Assembly (NCBI GenBank): GCA_964255285.1
Contig: CAXUUL010000001.1
Coordinates: forward strand, 62,001 to 126,000
Source of the DNA: Ionaspis alba
Lineage: Eukaryota
Length of the DNA: 64,000 bases
Direction of reading: 5' to 3'
The translations under genes and the position numbers were made by a program. The notes beneath the pieces are model-generated. The model did no database searches. It was not told the origin of the DNA and worked only from the letters and a program-made list of their open reading frames with translations. Of this stretch, positions 1 through 12,816 are shown piece after piece (position 1 is the first letter of the stretch; each line of letters starts with the position of its first letter).

Positions 1-101
1 CGATGTCCCCCTCTGCCACCTCTGGAGCTGTAGCCTCCGCGCCCACCCCGAGAAGAACCTCTGCCACGTGGGGCAGAAGGCCTAATTTGTACTTCCGACA
101 T
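1..101 (-). CDS. DEF1: RNA polymerase II degradation factor Def1, N-terminal fragment (gene runs off the window start)
   Basis: Minus strand from ATG at 101 reads MSEVQIRPSAPRGRGSSRGGRGGYSSRGGRGGH, matching the RGG-rich N-terminus I recognise from filamentous-fungal Def1. The CUE domain lies outside the window. Confidence 0.7.
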   Translation of the reverse strand, partial: MSEVQIRPSAPRGRGSSRGGRGGYSSRGGRGGH

Positions 102-672
102 AGTATCGAGTATGAGAGTGTTGTGTTTGTAAATTTAGGTCCGAAGTTCGCGTGTGGAAGACTGTTTTGGGGTGTAGGCAGATGTGGATTCGATGGTGGA
201 TTCCGGAAAGGTTACGAATCTTCCTGGAGTGTAGCCAAGTGTCGGAGCTTATGAGGTTGAGGCTCGATAACTCAAGCTTAGGTGCTGAGCGATGGTTGAA
301 CCAGTGTGTTCGGTATGTTTAGGTAAGGAGTTAGAAGGGAGGAAGAAACATTGGGAAGAAATGGTCAATGGTTGGCTGATCACGCTATCCCTTCTGTCGT
401 GTCGTGACTTGTAAGGCGCGAAGAGGCAGGGAGCTGCGCTAGTCCTTAAGTATATTAGCGCAGTCCTTTCGCAACAACCCTAACGCCTTTGTGAATAATA
501 TGTAGGCGGTGCATCATGATATAGGCACAACAGATGTTCAAACAACTTACTGTTTTGGGCTTGTCTCCAGCCTTTCTGAGTCCCGGCTTCATTTCATTGT
601 ACATCTACGGCTCCCTGCTATGGTTGTTGTTACCTCATTGATGAGTACTTTCAATCCTTTCTAGCCAGAGGC

Positions 673-1947
673 ATGACGGCCTCTCGAGTACTTGGCCTAA
701 AGAGGCTGGCATCGGGGATCCACCCTCCTCTCACACTCACGTCAAGAGACTCCAAAAAGCTTTTATCGCTGCTAAATGACTCCTTCCGCCAGCATCTCGA
801 TCGGGAACATCCGAGTGGCGTGACTGCGGAAGCTTCATATACAGATCATCACTTTCGGTCAATCCTCGCAAGTCCGTTGTTCAACACGCCACAGAAGAAG
901 AAATCCTCCAATGAAGCGACAAGGAATCACAAGAACGGGCACGCATTAGTCCATGCCATGGAAGGGGTCCAAGGGCTCACTCAGGCACCTTCACCACTGG
1001 AAGCATTCGTCGAGCATGTGGCGGCGGGTACAGCTACAATCTCTATTGCCAAATCATGCCTTGTTGCTCAGCAGAGGAAGATATCCGCTTTACCGAACGA
1101 TCAACAACGACAAGAATATAGAACCTCTCAATGTGGAGCGAAAATGCTGAGTTGGCTATGGTCGAGCGGCATGGAGAGTACTTTGGAATTCTGCACAGAT
1201 CCAAGATTTATCGACTTGCTCATGCCACTTCTTGTGGTTGAGGGGCGGGAGGCCGTGGTCTACGGGTGGCTCCGATTGTTAAGGCTGAAGATCGGGGACC
1301 GACCATTAAGGGATGCTGGTAATCCTCGTCAGTTTGACACTGATCACCATCTTTTGAAGTCTCTTATCCTGTCAAAGATTGGATGGGGAGGGGGCCTTGA
1401 GACAGCGATGGAAGCTTTCATAACTGTCGTCGCAGACAATTCAGACAGGAGCCAACCACTTCTCAACTATTCTCGCCGAGTTTTTGGACCTGCAGGAAGA
1501 AAGATCATTGCCCAAATAACACAGAACAAAGCACCATCAGTATTGAGCATCTCTTGTTTCACTAAATTCGTTGACACAATCCCATATTGGAGTCCCATTG
1601 AATCTTACTACAAAGCCCTATTGTTATTACACGATCCTTCTGGCCCAGATGCTTCTTCTGCGGTACAATATATCCGGCACGTTGAGCCGGAACAGCTGAA
1701 GATTATGAACACATCAACGAGGAATCGAATGGTATTACTTTGTATTGATGCAGCTCAAGTACTTTTCTCTGAAAAGAACGAGATTGACGCTATGTTTGTA
1801 ATGTCATTCCTTCAAAATCATTTCGCGGACGAGATATATGCTCAGCATCCAGACGCGAGAAGATGGGGCCGAATGTCTCCCAGAGCTGCAGCACAAGTGG
1901 AAGACGAGTCGTTCATGCGTCAATTAGACAACTTGGCAATTGGGTGA
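673..1947 (+). CDS. Hypothetical protein, 424 aa, helical, possibly mitochondrial
   Basis: Single uninterrupted ATG ORF. The basic/hydroxyl-rich N-terminus (MTASRVLGLKRLASG) resembles a presequence. No domain recognised. Confidence 0.75.
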   Translation: MTASRVLGLKRLASGIHPPLTLTSRDSKKLLSLLNDSFRQHLDREHPSGVTAEASYTDHHFRSILASPLFNTPQKKKSSNEATRNHKNGHALVHAMEGVQGLTQAPSPLEAFVEHVAAGTATISIAKSCLVAQQRKISALPNDQQRQEYRTSQCGAKMLSWLWSSGMESTLEFCTDPRFIDLLMPLLVVEGREAVVYGWLRLLRLKIGDRPLRDAGNPRQFDTDHHLLKSLILSKIGWGGGLETAMEAFITVVADNSDRSQPLLNYSRRVFGPAGRKIIAQITQNKAPSVLSISCFTKFVDTIPYWSPIESYYKALLLLHDPSGPDASSAVQYIRHVEPEQLKIMNTSTRNRMVLLCIDAAQVLFSEKNEIDAMFVMSFLQNHFADEIYAQHPDARRWGRMSPRAAAQVEDESFMRQLDNLAIG

Positions 1948-2789
1948 CAGCGCTGCTCTTCCGTGGCGGCAATCTCGAGTATTTGACCATCAACGTGTCA
2001 CATAATAGCATGGCCGTCCCTTCAGCAAGAAAGCTATGATTAAGTAAAGAATTTTACTCTCGGTTTTACATTTACATATCGACAAACACCAGTCCCACAC
2101 CAGCACCACAGTATTGCCGTTGACTTAGCTATCATATCATCATGGTCTCTACTTCGCCACCATATTACACAGGTAACAACGACCTCATTCTATACGCAGA
2201 TGAGATGCGAGATGAAGGCTAGAAGTATAAGGTGGAAAGAATTTCAGAGTGTAGAGCAGCCTATTTTATAATAGCATCATTGAAAGGGACCTTTACAATA
2301 CTCATAGTTTACGATTCCCCATTCAGAACGGAAACGTGTAATAAAGATATCGGGACCTTAACTTCGAAGCAGCAGCTGACGCTAAACAAGGCGAGGTTTC
2401 GTGACTAGAAGTTAGGGTAAGAGGTTGGCATCATGGTTGAGGCTGTGAAGACCAGGAAAGACATGGTCTCGGTATGGTTCAGCCTCTTGGTCCGACTTCG
2501 AGGGAGAGCATCTACCATTCACATACAATGGACAAGGTAGTAGCCTTGGAACAGCCACGGCGCTAGCGTTGATGTTTGTGAGGAGAATGCATCTACTCTA
2601 ATGGCTGATCATGTCGAATGTGCGACGGAGTTCTTGGATACATCGGTTTACCGAGATTATAGTACAAGGACTCAAGCAGAGCGCGACCATTTCCCGTATT
2701 CTCATAGCACTCATACCAATACAGTAACGTCTAGGCGATGATCCAACCGCTCAGACGCTATTTTCCAACCTATTTGATAGCTTAATATT

Positions 2790-5700
2790 TCAAATGTACT
2801 CATCTGCATCCATCCCTTGCACCAGGCCTGGCTTCACACTTCCGAGCGGCGCCGCCCAGCCCCCAACCCTTTCATCTGCATGTCCAAAGAAACCAGCACC
2901 GGAACCCAAAATCCCAGCGAAGAACCTCACAAAAATCCGAAGCACCAACCAAAGCGGCCGAACCCAAATCCCTATTGAGTACCGCCACAGTAGCTTAAAT
3001 AGGACAAACGGCGGTCTCGGAGTGCGATAGTCAACCCCATAGCCCATCATGGACGAGGCGTAGAAAGGCGGCGAGTAACCCTTACTGTCGAAACACAGAG
3101 TGCATCAGCCGACCGCTATCCAATCATTTGAGGCAGGCCAGGGTGGAACAAAGCGTACTCGACAATCGTATTCACCCACATCAGGCCCCCCAGGGTCAGC
3201 AATCCTACCCCTAACCACGTTGCGCGCGGCCGCGAATCTCCTTTCGACCAGGTCCATAGCTTGAAGGAGTCTCTCATCTTTGGTACGCACAGGGGCTGCC
3301 AGCTTTCCATGTCGACCACCCCGCTACAACCGCAGCGCGAGCACGGCCAGAGGAAATCGTGGATTTCACCTGCTTCGGCACACTCGCCGGTAGTGGGTGC
3401 GACAGAGGTGGAGGGGACGGTGGAGACGGCGCGTTCGAGGGATGCGATGCCTTTTTTAGCTTCGCGGATGGAGGTACCGAGAGCACTGAGGCGGGCAGTG
3501 AGGTGGTCATAGGAGTCAACATCTTCATTGACGGCCGGGTTAGTGCTGTGAACAGGAGCTGGCTTATAATCCGGGTTGGGAGGAGAGGTTGGAGGTGTCA
3601 GTGGGCCGAACAACTCGTTGTGAGTGGCCAGAAGGTCCTCGAGGGACTGGATGGTGGAGTCGTCGAGACGGAGAGTATCGTCCGTTGCATCGCCATTCTG
3701 GCCATCGAAATCTCCTCTGCTCTTGCTTTTCGCTCGCTCGAGAATGGCTGCGAGCGCGGAGGTAGGTAGGGCAGGAGCCGTCTCTTCAAGTGATGTCCGT
3801 GCCTTTGCTGAGTTTTCAGCGCGGAGCTTCATGAGACCGACGGGATCGAGAGCGACTGCTGGGTCCCATTTTTGGTCCGATGATGCAGATTCCGTATTAA
3901 GTGTTCGCTGAAGTTTGCTATGTAAAGGTGTCTCAATCCAGGCTCCAGTGACAAGCGGGGTCTTGAGATAGGTTTTCTGTCTCGCTTGCTGAGGTGTTTG
4001 TTCTGGTCCATGGTAAGACTGTAAAGATTTTGTAGAGGCAGACATCTCGGATTCGCCGCTTTCCTGATACTCGACACTATCCTGTACCTGTTTGGGTCTT
4101 GTCTCAGATAGTGAGAAGACGCTCTCAGTCTGATTCGGACCTTTTGTGGCTGGAATTTCCTCCTGATTCATGTCACACTTGGGAGGGCTTGGGCTTGGGC
4201 TTGGACTCGCGCTCGTCGCTCTGGCGAGTCGTCGTAGTAAATCTCGAGAATCACTTCTTTCGTGACTTGGTCTTTGAGGGAGAGGTCGTACGGAGATCTC
4301 CTTCCCTGCTCCTCCACTTTCTGAGGTGGAACCCAGAACTTCTGGGGTACAGACAACAGCGGGAGATTTGGGGACGACTTCACCGTCCCGGTTCTCAAGA
4401 AGCTGGTCCTTGTGAATGATGACAGGGTCATCCTCCTTTTCGTCCTCCTCTGACCGCGGGTTGAGGATGGATAGGCTAGAATGACTGCGCTTTCCCTTCA
4501 TATCTCCGCCGACCTTGTCGGCTTCGTCGCTTTTCGCTTCCGATGCAACACTCGGAGATCGTCGTCTGATATTCTCGACAGACCGCTTTTCTTTCAACTC
4601 TCCCAACCGATTCGTTGTCACAGCGCTTTTCTCAAGATTCTGGATCTCCCGTTCCCGGATAGCGTCCAACGCAGCATTCCGTATCTTTATTGGAGGGCTA
4701 TCTGAGATCTGTAGAGAACGTGCCGTAAAGTCATCATCCAGGAATTCCCATCTCCGTATCTTCTCAAGAGAGGCCTGGCCCCGTACTCTTCGCGTCGGGG
4801 TTGATTTGCGCACAGACGATGCTGCTGGCACAAAGTCCTCTTCAAATGTGGGGATTGTTTTCTCATCGCCTGCTACCATCCAGTCAACCATCTGATTGGA
4901 GAATCTCCTACGACCGAGCTCTGGGGCCATGTCCATGGGCTTTTCAGAAGTTGAGACTGATCCACCATCATTCTTTGCTCGAGAATCGTCCCTACTAAAG
5001 CGACTGAGCCAGGTCTTGCCGTTTCTAGCCTTCAATCCCCACTGCTGGGGAACATTCAGAGCTAGCTCAGATCCTTTGCTGCTGATACTTGGAGATCCCA
5101 AGGTACTACTTCCAGACAGTGAGCTTGCATCCTTCCGCTGCAGATTCTCGATCGTCAAGCCGTTCCTCTCTCGCATCCGAGCTTTCCTGAAGGGGTGGGT
5201 ATCGTTCGCCAAGACCGCTTTCAGTCTTCTCTCGTCCCTCGCATGTTGTGTAAGAATCCTTTGAAAGGTATCTCCGCCGCTTCTGGAAAGACTTGAAAGA
5301 TTCGAGCTTCCGATGGAGTTCTGCGTGTATTCTTCCTCCTCTAGCGGTTCTTCCGTTTCTTTTCCAGTGTTTTCGAGCGTTTGTGTCGTTCCGCCACGCA
5401 ACCCTGTCGATGATGGATTGGGTCCTCGCAAATTCCGGCGACCATCCTCGTCTGCGTGCTGTCCCTGTTCCCCGGCCATCACTGGATCTATATCTTGTAT
5501 CTCGTCAACCGAGCGATCCTCCTGCCCCGCTAAGGATTCTTCAACCTCGATTCGTTGATAGGCTTCTGCTAGGCCCCCCGGAGGGGAAGACACTGACGCT
5601 GGAGATGTAGGAGAGATCGGTATATCTGCTGGCCTCGCTCGAGAAGGGCTTGGGGTTCGTGTTACGGAGCGACGTGGCAGGGATTGTTTGATGGAAGGAC

Positions 5701-6100
5701 TTGGAGAACCCAGTACGGTCTTTTGTTGCTGAGGTCTTCTTAGCTGCTGCTGAGGCTGAGATTGAGTCCGCTGTCGAGCGCCAGAGGATTGGGACCAGGG
5801 CGACTTGATTCCCTTTCTCTCGCCTGGTGTAGCTCTGGAAGTACCGGCCAACGTTCTGCCGCTGCCCAAAGCTTGTCTTGGCTTTGCGCCCACGCCTACT
5901 TCTGGCTGCTTTCTCGGTGGGCTTGGACTGGGAATATACGAGGTATTCATGCTATCCGTTGTGAATTGCAGCCTCCGTTGCGCATTTTGCGGGCGACGAC
6001 GTGAAGCAAACGATGGTTTATCCTGGGTCGGGATTGAGGTTGGTCCGGAGGAGGACAGTTTGGGCTTCTTGGCTTCCATATCTGTGGCATCGGATGACAT
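2790..6100 (-). CDS. Large disordered hypothetical protein with C-terminal Cys motif and hydrophobic segments (2 exons)
   Basis: The 994-aa ORF joins a terminal exon through intron 3085-3158 (GTACGC...GCTGAT...ACAG), giving ...NTIVDKGYSPPFYASSMMGYGVDYRTPRPPFVLFKLLW. It contains CSRCGC and the TM-like segment WLGVGLLTLGGLMWV. Confidence 0.8.
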
Positions 6101-6826
6101 GGCGCAGAAGCCAGGTGCAAAGCATAGTCTCAGCTGGAATCAAAGAATAGCTCCCAATGAGCGTTCGTACTGAAGTTGTTGGCGCGCGCGTTGTTGATTC
6201 TTCTGATTCGGTGCTAGTGTAAGGCCAAGAGAATTGTAGTCTGCTTATCATTCGGAAAGTTTGTTTTGTTTGCGCGACTCGGTCAACCTCATTCAATTTC
6301 CACCTCAGGTCCTCATCCAGCTCATTCACAAGGTGAGCGTATGAACAGTAAGTAAGAGGATGGCCGTGCTTCAATGCTTTCTGCGTTTCCCAGAAGTTTG
6401 CTGTCATGGCTAAGTGCACAGTCTTCGATGATTTGTTTACCTTGGTTCTAACGAGATCTTGACTTTGGTGTTGGTGTTCATCAAGCTACGAGTATGATGT
6501 GAAGCTGCCCCACTAGATACCGGTCTTGATTAAGCATTGAGTATGTATCAGCGCTGGAAAATAGAATGGAAAGCTCTAGACCGCAAGTTTTTCTCCTATC
6601 ACAGTTGATATGAAGTCTGTTGGAACGTGACATGGCAAAGATAATTGTTGGAGATGGGCAACTGTTAAGTACATCCCTCTTGACAGCACAGGGCTTTCCC
6701 CCAGCAGTCTAGACTTTTGGGTATCTTTCCCTCATGAGTGCCAATCAATTTCGTCTCCAGCAAATTTTGCCAGCAAACCTACGCATAGCCTTTCCGTCTT
6801 CCACTATGCTCTCCTCCCGGCCTCGA

Positions 6827-7780
6827 CTACCACTGCACATCAGCATTCTCGGTTCCAGTCTGCACGGGCGCAGAACTAGCAGCCCAGTCGGCTCCGTCTG
6901 CCTCCCAAGACGACCCAGCTGCGGCACCTCCAGTATTGGCAGCGGCGCTGAAAGCTCCGGTAGGACCAGTAGCACCACCTGGCACTTCCCATTCTGAGTT
7001 GCCTCCAAAGCCCTGATCGATGGCAGCTGGTCCAACGTCATCCGCACCCGGCAGCTTGGCCTCATCCGCAGCGTCCTTGTTCTCCTCGGACTCCGGGTCA
7101 CGGTAGAAGTACAGATCAACCATCATGTCCCACTCGGTCTCACGGTTTGCGAGAGTTCCACGTAGACGTAAAACCTCACGAGCTAGCATCCACCATATCA
7201 GACCGATGGCGTGTCGTCCCTTATTGTTGGTGGGAATAGCAACATCGACGAATTCGGTTGGCGAGTCGGTGTCACAGAGAGCAACGACCGGGATGTTCAC
7301 ATAGGAAGCTTCCTTGATAGCTTGGGCATCAGTGCGAGGGTCGGTGACGATGATCAGGCGCGGTTCCTTGAATGAACGAGTGATGTAGTTGGTAAAATTA
7401 CCGGGTGTGAAACGACCGGCAATGGCGGAGGCTCCAGTGTGCGCAGCGAACTTGAGAACAGCGCGTTGGCCGTAAGGACGAGCTGAAATGACTGCGATGT
7501 CGGCGGAATTCTCTATCGCAACTATTATGCGAGCTGCGAGGACGATTTTCTCCCTGAATGAAATTGCATAAGCCTTGGGAATGTGGTTGGATTTGAATAT
7601 GATTCAATACCATGTCTTTCCGATGTTTATCACATTAATTCCATCGGGACGAGTCTTCCACAGGTAAGGTTCCATATGGACTTGAAGGTTCTTCGATCCG
7701 AGATGGCATTGAGCTGCCAGCATCATCTCGATGTCCTGAGAAGTGGCATTGAAGACCGAAGGAACAGTTGTGGGCGCCAT
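6827..7780 (-). CDS. RPS0: 40S ribosomal protein S0 (uS2)
   Basis: [47 protein letters not shown]..., [21 protein letters not shown] and [27 protein letters not shown]. One intron, 7554-7610. Confidence 0.98.
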
Positions 7781-8119
7781 GATTACGGTCTCGATATCTC
7801 TGTTGTGCACAAGATATCGTTGTGATATTTTGTAAAGTGGTCGCCAGAGTCGCCCATTCGCGGTTTGCATTTGTGTCGCGAAGAATCGCTTGTTTCCGCG
7901 CTAAATCTCAGCCCTGTGCAAGTCCCTTCCGCGATTTGCTGGTTGCTTGCGGAGATAAACTTCAACCTGACCCACCATTTACAGACTTCACTTGTCAACA
8001 CCAACCTCAGTAACCTCACATTGCTTCAACTGATCCTCGCAAGTCCACTACGCGAACTTCTCATTACCGTTCCGAAATAAAACACGCCAGCCACTGCAAT
8101 CCAAACACCAACAAGCACG

Positions 8120-10944
8120 ATGCGCACGTAAGTCTTACCTTAAACCCCGTCCTTTTTCATGTCCATGGACTAACCACTGGAAGGCGTCAACGATCTCGGG
8201 CCGACGAGGCCGCAGGCCACCCCCCGTCACCCGCACAGTCTCTTCCTATCACAACTCGCAGAGTCAGATTACCAAAGTCAAGAGCTCCGACCAAAAAGAG
8301 CAAGGAATCTTCCACGAACAGTGAGGCGGAGTGTTCTTCTTCTCCTATCATCAAGCCTTCCCCTCCATTCCTTCCAGACCCAAAAAATCTGCCCCTCGTA
8401 TCTACCAACCGTGAAGCGGAATCTTCTACATCTCCTACTATCAACTCTCCTCCTCCACCTACAGACGGCGAGGCAGAGTCTTCTTTGTCTGTTCCCATCA
8501 ATCCTCTCTTACCATCTATCAACAACGAAGCGGAATCCTCTGCTTCTTCTCCTATCAATCCTACCCCCCAAGCTCTTCAAGACAGCAACAATCTTGCCCT
8601 GGTACAAATTTGGCTGCCACCTCAAAGGAATGCCACTGAGACACCTAGTGCTGAACCCTCAATCAGATTGCTAGTTCACAACTCAGTTGTTACTGATTTC
8701 CTTAGTTCTATCGCTGATCGAAAAGAACCTGCTAAATCAAGCCCAGAAGCAGGAGATGAAGGAGCAGCAGCTCCAACCTCGCCGTCCGCCTCGAAACGCA
8801 AGCTTGAAACCGGAACGACTGACACAAATCCGGCCATGAAGCGTCACAAACCGAGTAAGCACTTCGCTTTTGAAGACAGTTTACCTACAGGAATTCATAT
8901 GGAGAACTATGACGAGGATGGAAACCTTGTGCTCGGCCTGGGAGCGTTCTACTCAGACACCGACTCTGATGGAGAAGTGATGCGACCACGACCACAACCA
9001 GGTCTTCTAGGCACACTGGGTCGGCACAGGAAGAGGACAGGTGCAAGGCGGGCTGCCGAACGTGCATTGGTCAGCACAGCAGCTAAAGCTGATGTTGCCA
9101 ACGACAGCGAGGTCTTGGCCGCTGTTGAGGAAGCGCCAGCGCCAGTTGTGAACAACCAAGCGGAAGCTCCGATGAATGATCAAGCTCTCATAGTCCAATC
9201 TGAAGTCGATCGCCAGGCGCTCACTCAACACGAAACACAAGCCGGGACTGAAACTCCGCGTAACACTCGTGGCTGGGGACTTGGGAGTCTAATAGGCTCT
9301 GTATCAAGATTCGTACCTGCAATTCCAGTCTTCGGTCGCGTCCCAACAACCCAGGCCCAATCCAATATAGGCCGAAGTGGCGAATATCATGATACGGAGA
9401 CTGTCATGGATGGGCCTATTGCTGTTGCACCTCCCGCTCCAGGATCTGGCCTCGCAGGCGGCGCACGTGCAGCGCGGCTCGCACTTCCAAGTCTTCAACG
9501 TGAATCCTTGCCTGGACCTGAACGGCCTATTGTAAAGCCAAATTCCAATGCACGCGTACCGCTCGCCTACAACGATGCGCCAGCAAAAAACACCTCTGAA
9601 ACTCACAACTTGAATCAGTTGAGCGCACCAACTAACACATTTCTTCGCCAAACCGTCTCAGGACCTATCATCTATCCAAGTAAAGAGCGGAGAGAGGCGA
9701 ATAGAACGCTGCAAAATTCTAACAGGAAGTTCCTTGACTCGCAACAGAAATTGATTGACGAAGAAGTGGCTCGCAAAGTCAAAGAGGTTTTGGAAGAACA
9801 AGAACGTTTGAGAACTGAGGCCGAAAAAGCCACGATGCCAGGCGCCAAGCGGAAGCGCCTCCCGTCACCTGAGGTTATCCCAAACCCTCCTGGCTGCAGT
9901 TATGGTATGGATCTCGACTACTTTGCCTCCTCTAGTTCAGAAGACGAGATGGATGATGGAGAATCGCCCAATAACCAGCCCGAGAGTCCCTCAGCACGCC
10001 CTGCAAAGCGTGCTCGTATGAGCTCCGAAAGTCAAACCACTCCACCGGCAAGGACGCTTGGCGACCCATATCATGCACCTCCATACACTGGGACGCTATT
10101 CGCAGACCCGAAGCCTAACGTCTTCGAACCTGTGCAGCCTTCGATAACTTTCACTATACCTTATGGTTCTGATAGCGAAAGTGATAATGAGGATGAAGGT
10201 GCAGAATCAGATTCTAAGAACGAACGCACATCCAAGGAGACTGCAGACTCAGCCTCTGGTCTTGCTAGCATTTCCGTTGGAGCTCCCACGAAAGTCACTA
10301 AGCAACAGTCATTAGACGCATTCACTTCTGCCGAAGCCGATCCTTCCCCAGTCAAAGTAGCTGAGACCTGGAAGCAGCCACCACCGCCGGCCCCAAAACC
10401 CTCTCACTTGGAGCTCCCATCTTCTACCACTGCCCACGTAGACACCGAAGCATTGGCTCGTGTTCGTGCTCGTGCTTTGCAACACACCCCAAAGCAGCCA
10501 AGCGGACTCAGAGTTTCTAGTCGTCTTTCCGCTTCCACGATCGCGACTCCTTCAGAAATTGGGGACCGCGACGAGTCAATTCCCGATGTGAGTCAGCTCA
10601 CTGACGACCAGCATCGCGAAGTCCTTGATGAAATTACTGGAAATGAGAAGCAGCACATGGACAAGGGAAAAGACAAGGAGTCTAGCACAACTCAAAAACT
10701 TAAACTCATTGATCCTGCTGTACAAGAAGCTATTGATTCCATCCCACACGACCAGCTCCTTCAATTCGAATTTCCAGCAGCATCCCGAGGCTATGCTGCC
10801 ATGGGTTTTGATCCAGAGGTCGTTGCGGCGGTGCTGAGAGACTTCGGTCAGCAAGACAAAGAGCAAGCTGTTCGCATGTTCGACTCCGATTTCAAGTCAT
10901 GGAGCGACGAGAACGCTGTTCAGGTCGCCAATGGATTGGTCTGA
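8120..10944 (+). CDS. Hypothetical low-complexity, probably nuclear protein (~920 aa, 2 exons)
   Basis: ATG at 8120 (MRT) and intron 8128-8183 (GTAAGT...ACTAAC...AAG) put the sequence in frame with the 8485-10944 ORF. NLS-like motifs KRKL and KRKRLPSP; motif IPNPPGCSYGMDLDYF. Confidence 0.8.
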
Positions 10945-11046
10945 TCGGTGGTGTTCTGTTCATTAGAAAACCAATCACCCCTCGACACAATCTACGATTT
11001 ATAGTCTCACCGCATTCATTCGTCTTCTTGGAACGCTCCTGGTATG

Positions 11047-11565
11047 GACTGACTTCGGTGTATGTCTACCGGTTGAGTAGATCCTAGCGATGTGGATGGA
11101 CTTGCCAGCTGTGAGATTGGAAAATGCAGCTTCTACATCGACTTTTTATACATGATCGACACTTATCCCTGCGACCACTACTTCACTTTCTAGCATTTGT
11201 TTCATTGCCACTTTCAACATTCTATCCCCTCATCTTCTTACAAAGCTTCATTGGTATTGACTACCTCGAGCATGTCTACCCGTGGAGTAGATGTAAGTGA
11301 GGGGATTCGATTTCAGCACTTTGTGAAAGTTACGTCGAACAGACTATACGACTAATTTCCAACACTCTCGGGCCACTAATATCATCACCTTTTTAAAGAT
11401 CTCACGACTTCGTTCGACGCCTTCCCCTCAGCTTCTTACAGCGCTCTCTTGGTATTGACTACCTTGAGCATGTCTACCACTCGAGTAGCTGTGAGTGATG
11501 GAAACGATCGTCCAACGCCAATCGTCTGATACCTTCATATCGCGACTGACTTCGGTGTATGTCTA
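11047..11565. repeat. Degenerate direct-repeat array, period ~200 bp
   Basis: 76-bp copies at 11225-11300 and 11423-11498 (64/76 identical by hand count). Perfect 22-bp copies at 11047-11068 and 11544-11565. Shared core TGTCTACC-N4-GAGTAG occurs three times. Confidence 0.85.
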
Positions 11566-12816
11566 TGAAGGTCTTTGGATGGTCAAGTCTATGGTCTTCG
11601 ATAGTGAATGAGCGGTTCATTCAGCTACTTCGTGTTTTGCATTGGCCTTGATTTCGACGAGGAATGAAGGCAAGCTGGCGTTTGGTGTGCTTTCCCTATG
11701 CGACTATGATTTTTTCTGGAAGAGAGAAGCCAAATAAGAAAGGGCTGGACCCCTCTACATGCTGGATGACGAAGAACATTGAGCTCCATAAGAAATTGAT
11801 GATGGAAGGCTTTGAAGAAGAACTTGGAGCGATGATGGACTTTGTGGGAGATGATGACTGTGGTAGATGATGGACCCACTTTTGCGTGAGAAGACTCGGC
11901 TCGACGTCGTACAAAATTATGGAGGTTGAATAGATGAACGTACAACGACACTGACCGAGACTATTACTTCTCTCGCCACATACACCCTCTACGATCGTAA
12001 AGCCTTATCAGTCCGCTCACGCAAGCGTGACAGCCATTGTCGGTTGTCGAAGGATTGGCAAGCATTCTGGCCAGCTCGTTGCGGATCGACCTTTGTTCAT
12101 AGATTTCATGCTTTTGTTATCGAAGCTTGCACTCGTTTCATATACTTGAAAGGGCAAGCTACTATGAGTGATGATTGATGATAGCGAGTTTGTGTGTACC
12201 TTAGCTGAGATACCTTCAAAAGTTCTTCGAATGCAAATGCCTCTACCAAATTCTTTTGCACATGTCTCTTCTGTCGCTTGTGGAAGAATTGCTCTAGGCA
12301 TCGTGACTTGAAACTAATATATGTATGAAGGGACATGTCATAACAAGAGTGCCAGAGTACTTGTACTCTCATCATTACCAAGTAGACCGCTTTCGCTCAA
12401 CTCACGCATCTCCACGTGGAAATCTATGGTAGGAGCTGAGCCACTTCGTCTGCTAAGCCGGACGACTAAGTAGTCCATGGGGATGTCTCTGAGTGGCTGC
12501 ATTATCAGATTGGCCAAACAAAAGTCTCGTCATACGCAGCGGTGAATCACACGAAAACTTTCATAATCCACTTCATCAGACTCCGGTCATTTCCAAGACC
12601 GTCACTTCCCAATCAAAACATCCTGTCAACATCTTCATCTTAAGAGCTTAGCAAAACCCTTATGTAAATTCCAACACTGGTCCTCAATGTCACTTCCATC
12701 TCCACGCGACACCAACATTCGCACTTCTTGTGGAGTGGACCACACTCTCACACCGTTCGGACGATCCTTGTCGCTCACCACTCCAATTCTATTTAGACGT
12801 CTCCAACAAATAAGCA

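Noticed and set aside
474..485. Telomere-like AACCCTAAC (possible telomerase template or interstitial telomere)
   Set aside because: A single 1.5-unit match in a short divergent promoter is expected by chance or as a simple binding site, with no supporting structure.
3261..6419. Many antisense and overlapping ORFs here and across other long CDSs (for example 41069-42427, 54582-55187)
   Set aside because: Shadow ORFs explained by the codon and low-complexity composition of the real genes.
11063..11488. TCTAC...GTAGA hairpins resembling Cas12a direct repeats
   Set aside because: Eukaryotic intron-containing context, ~180-bp spacers, only three degenerate copies and no cas genes. Kept only as a generic repeat array.
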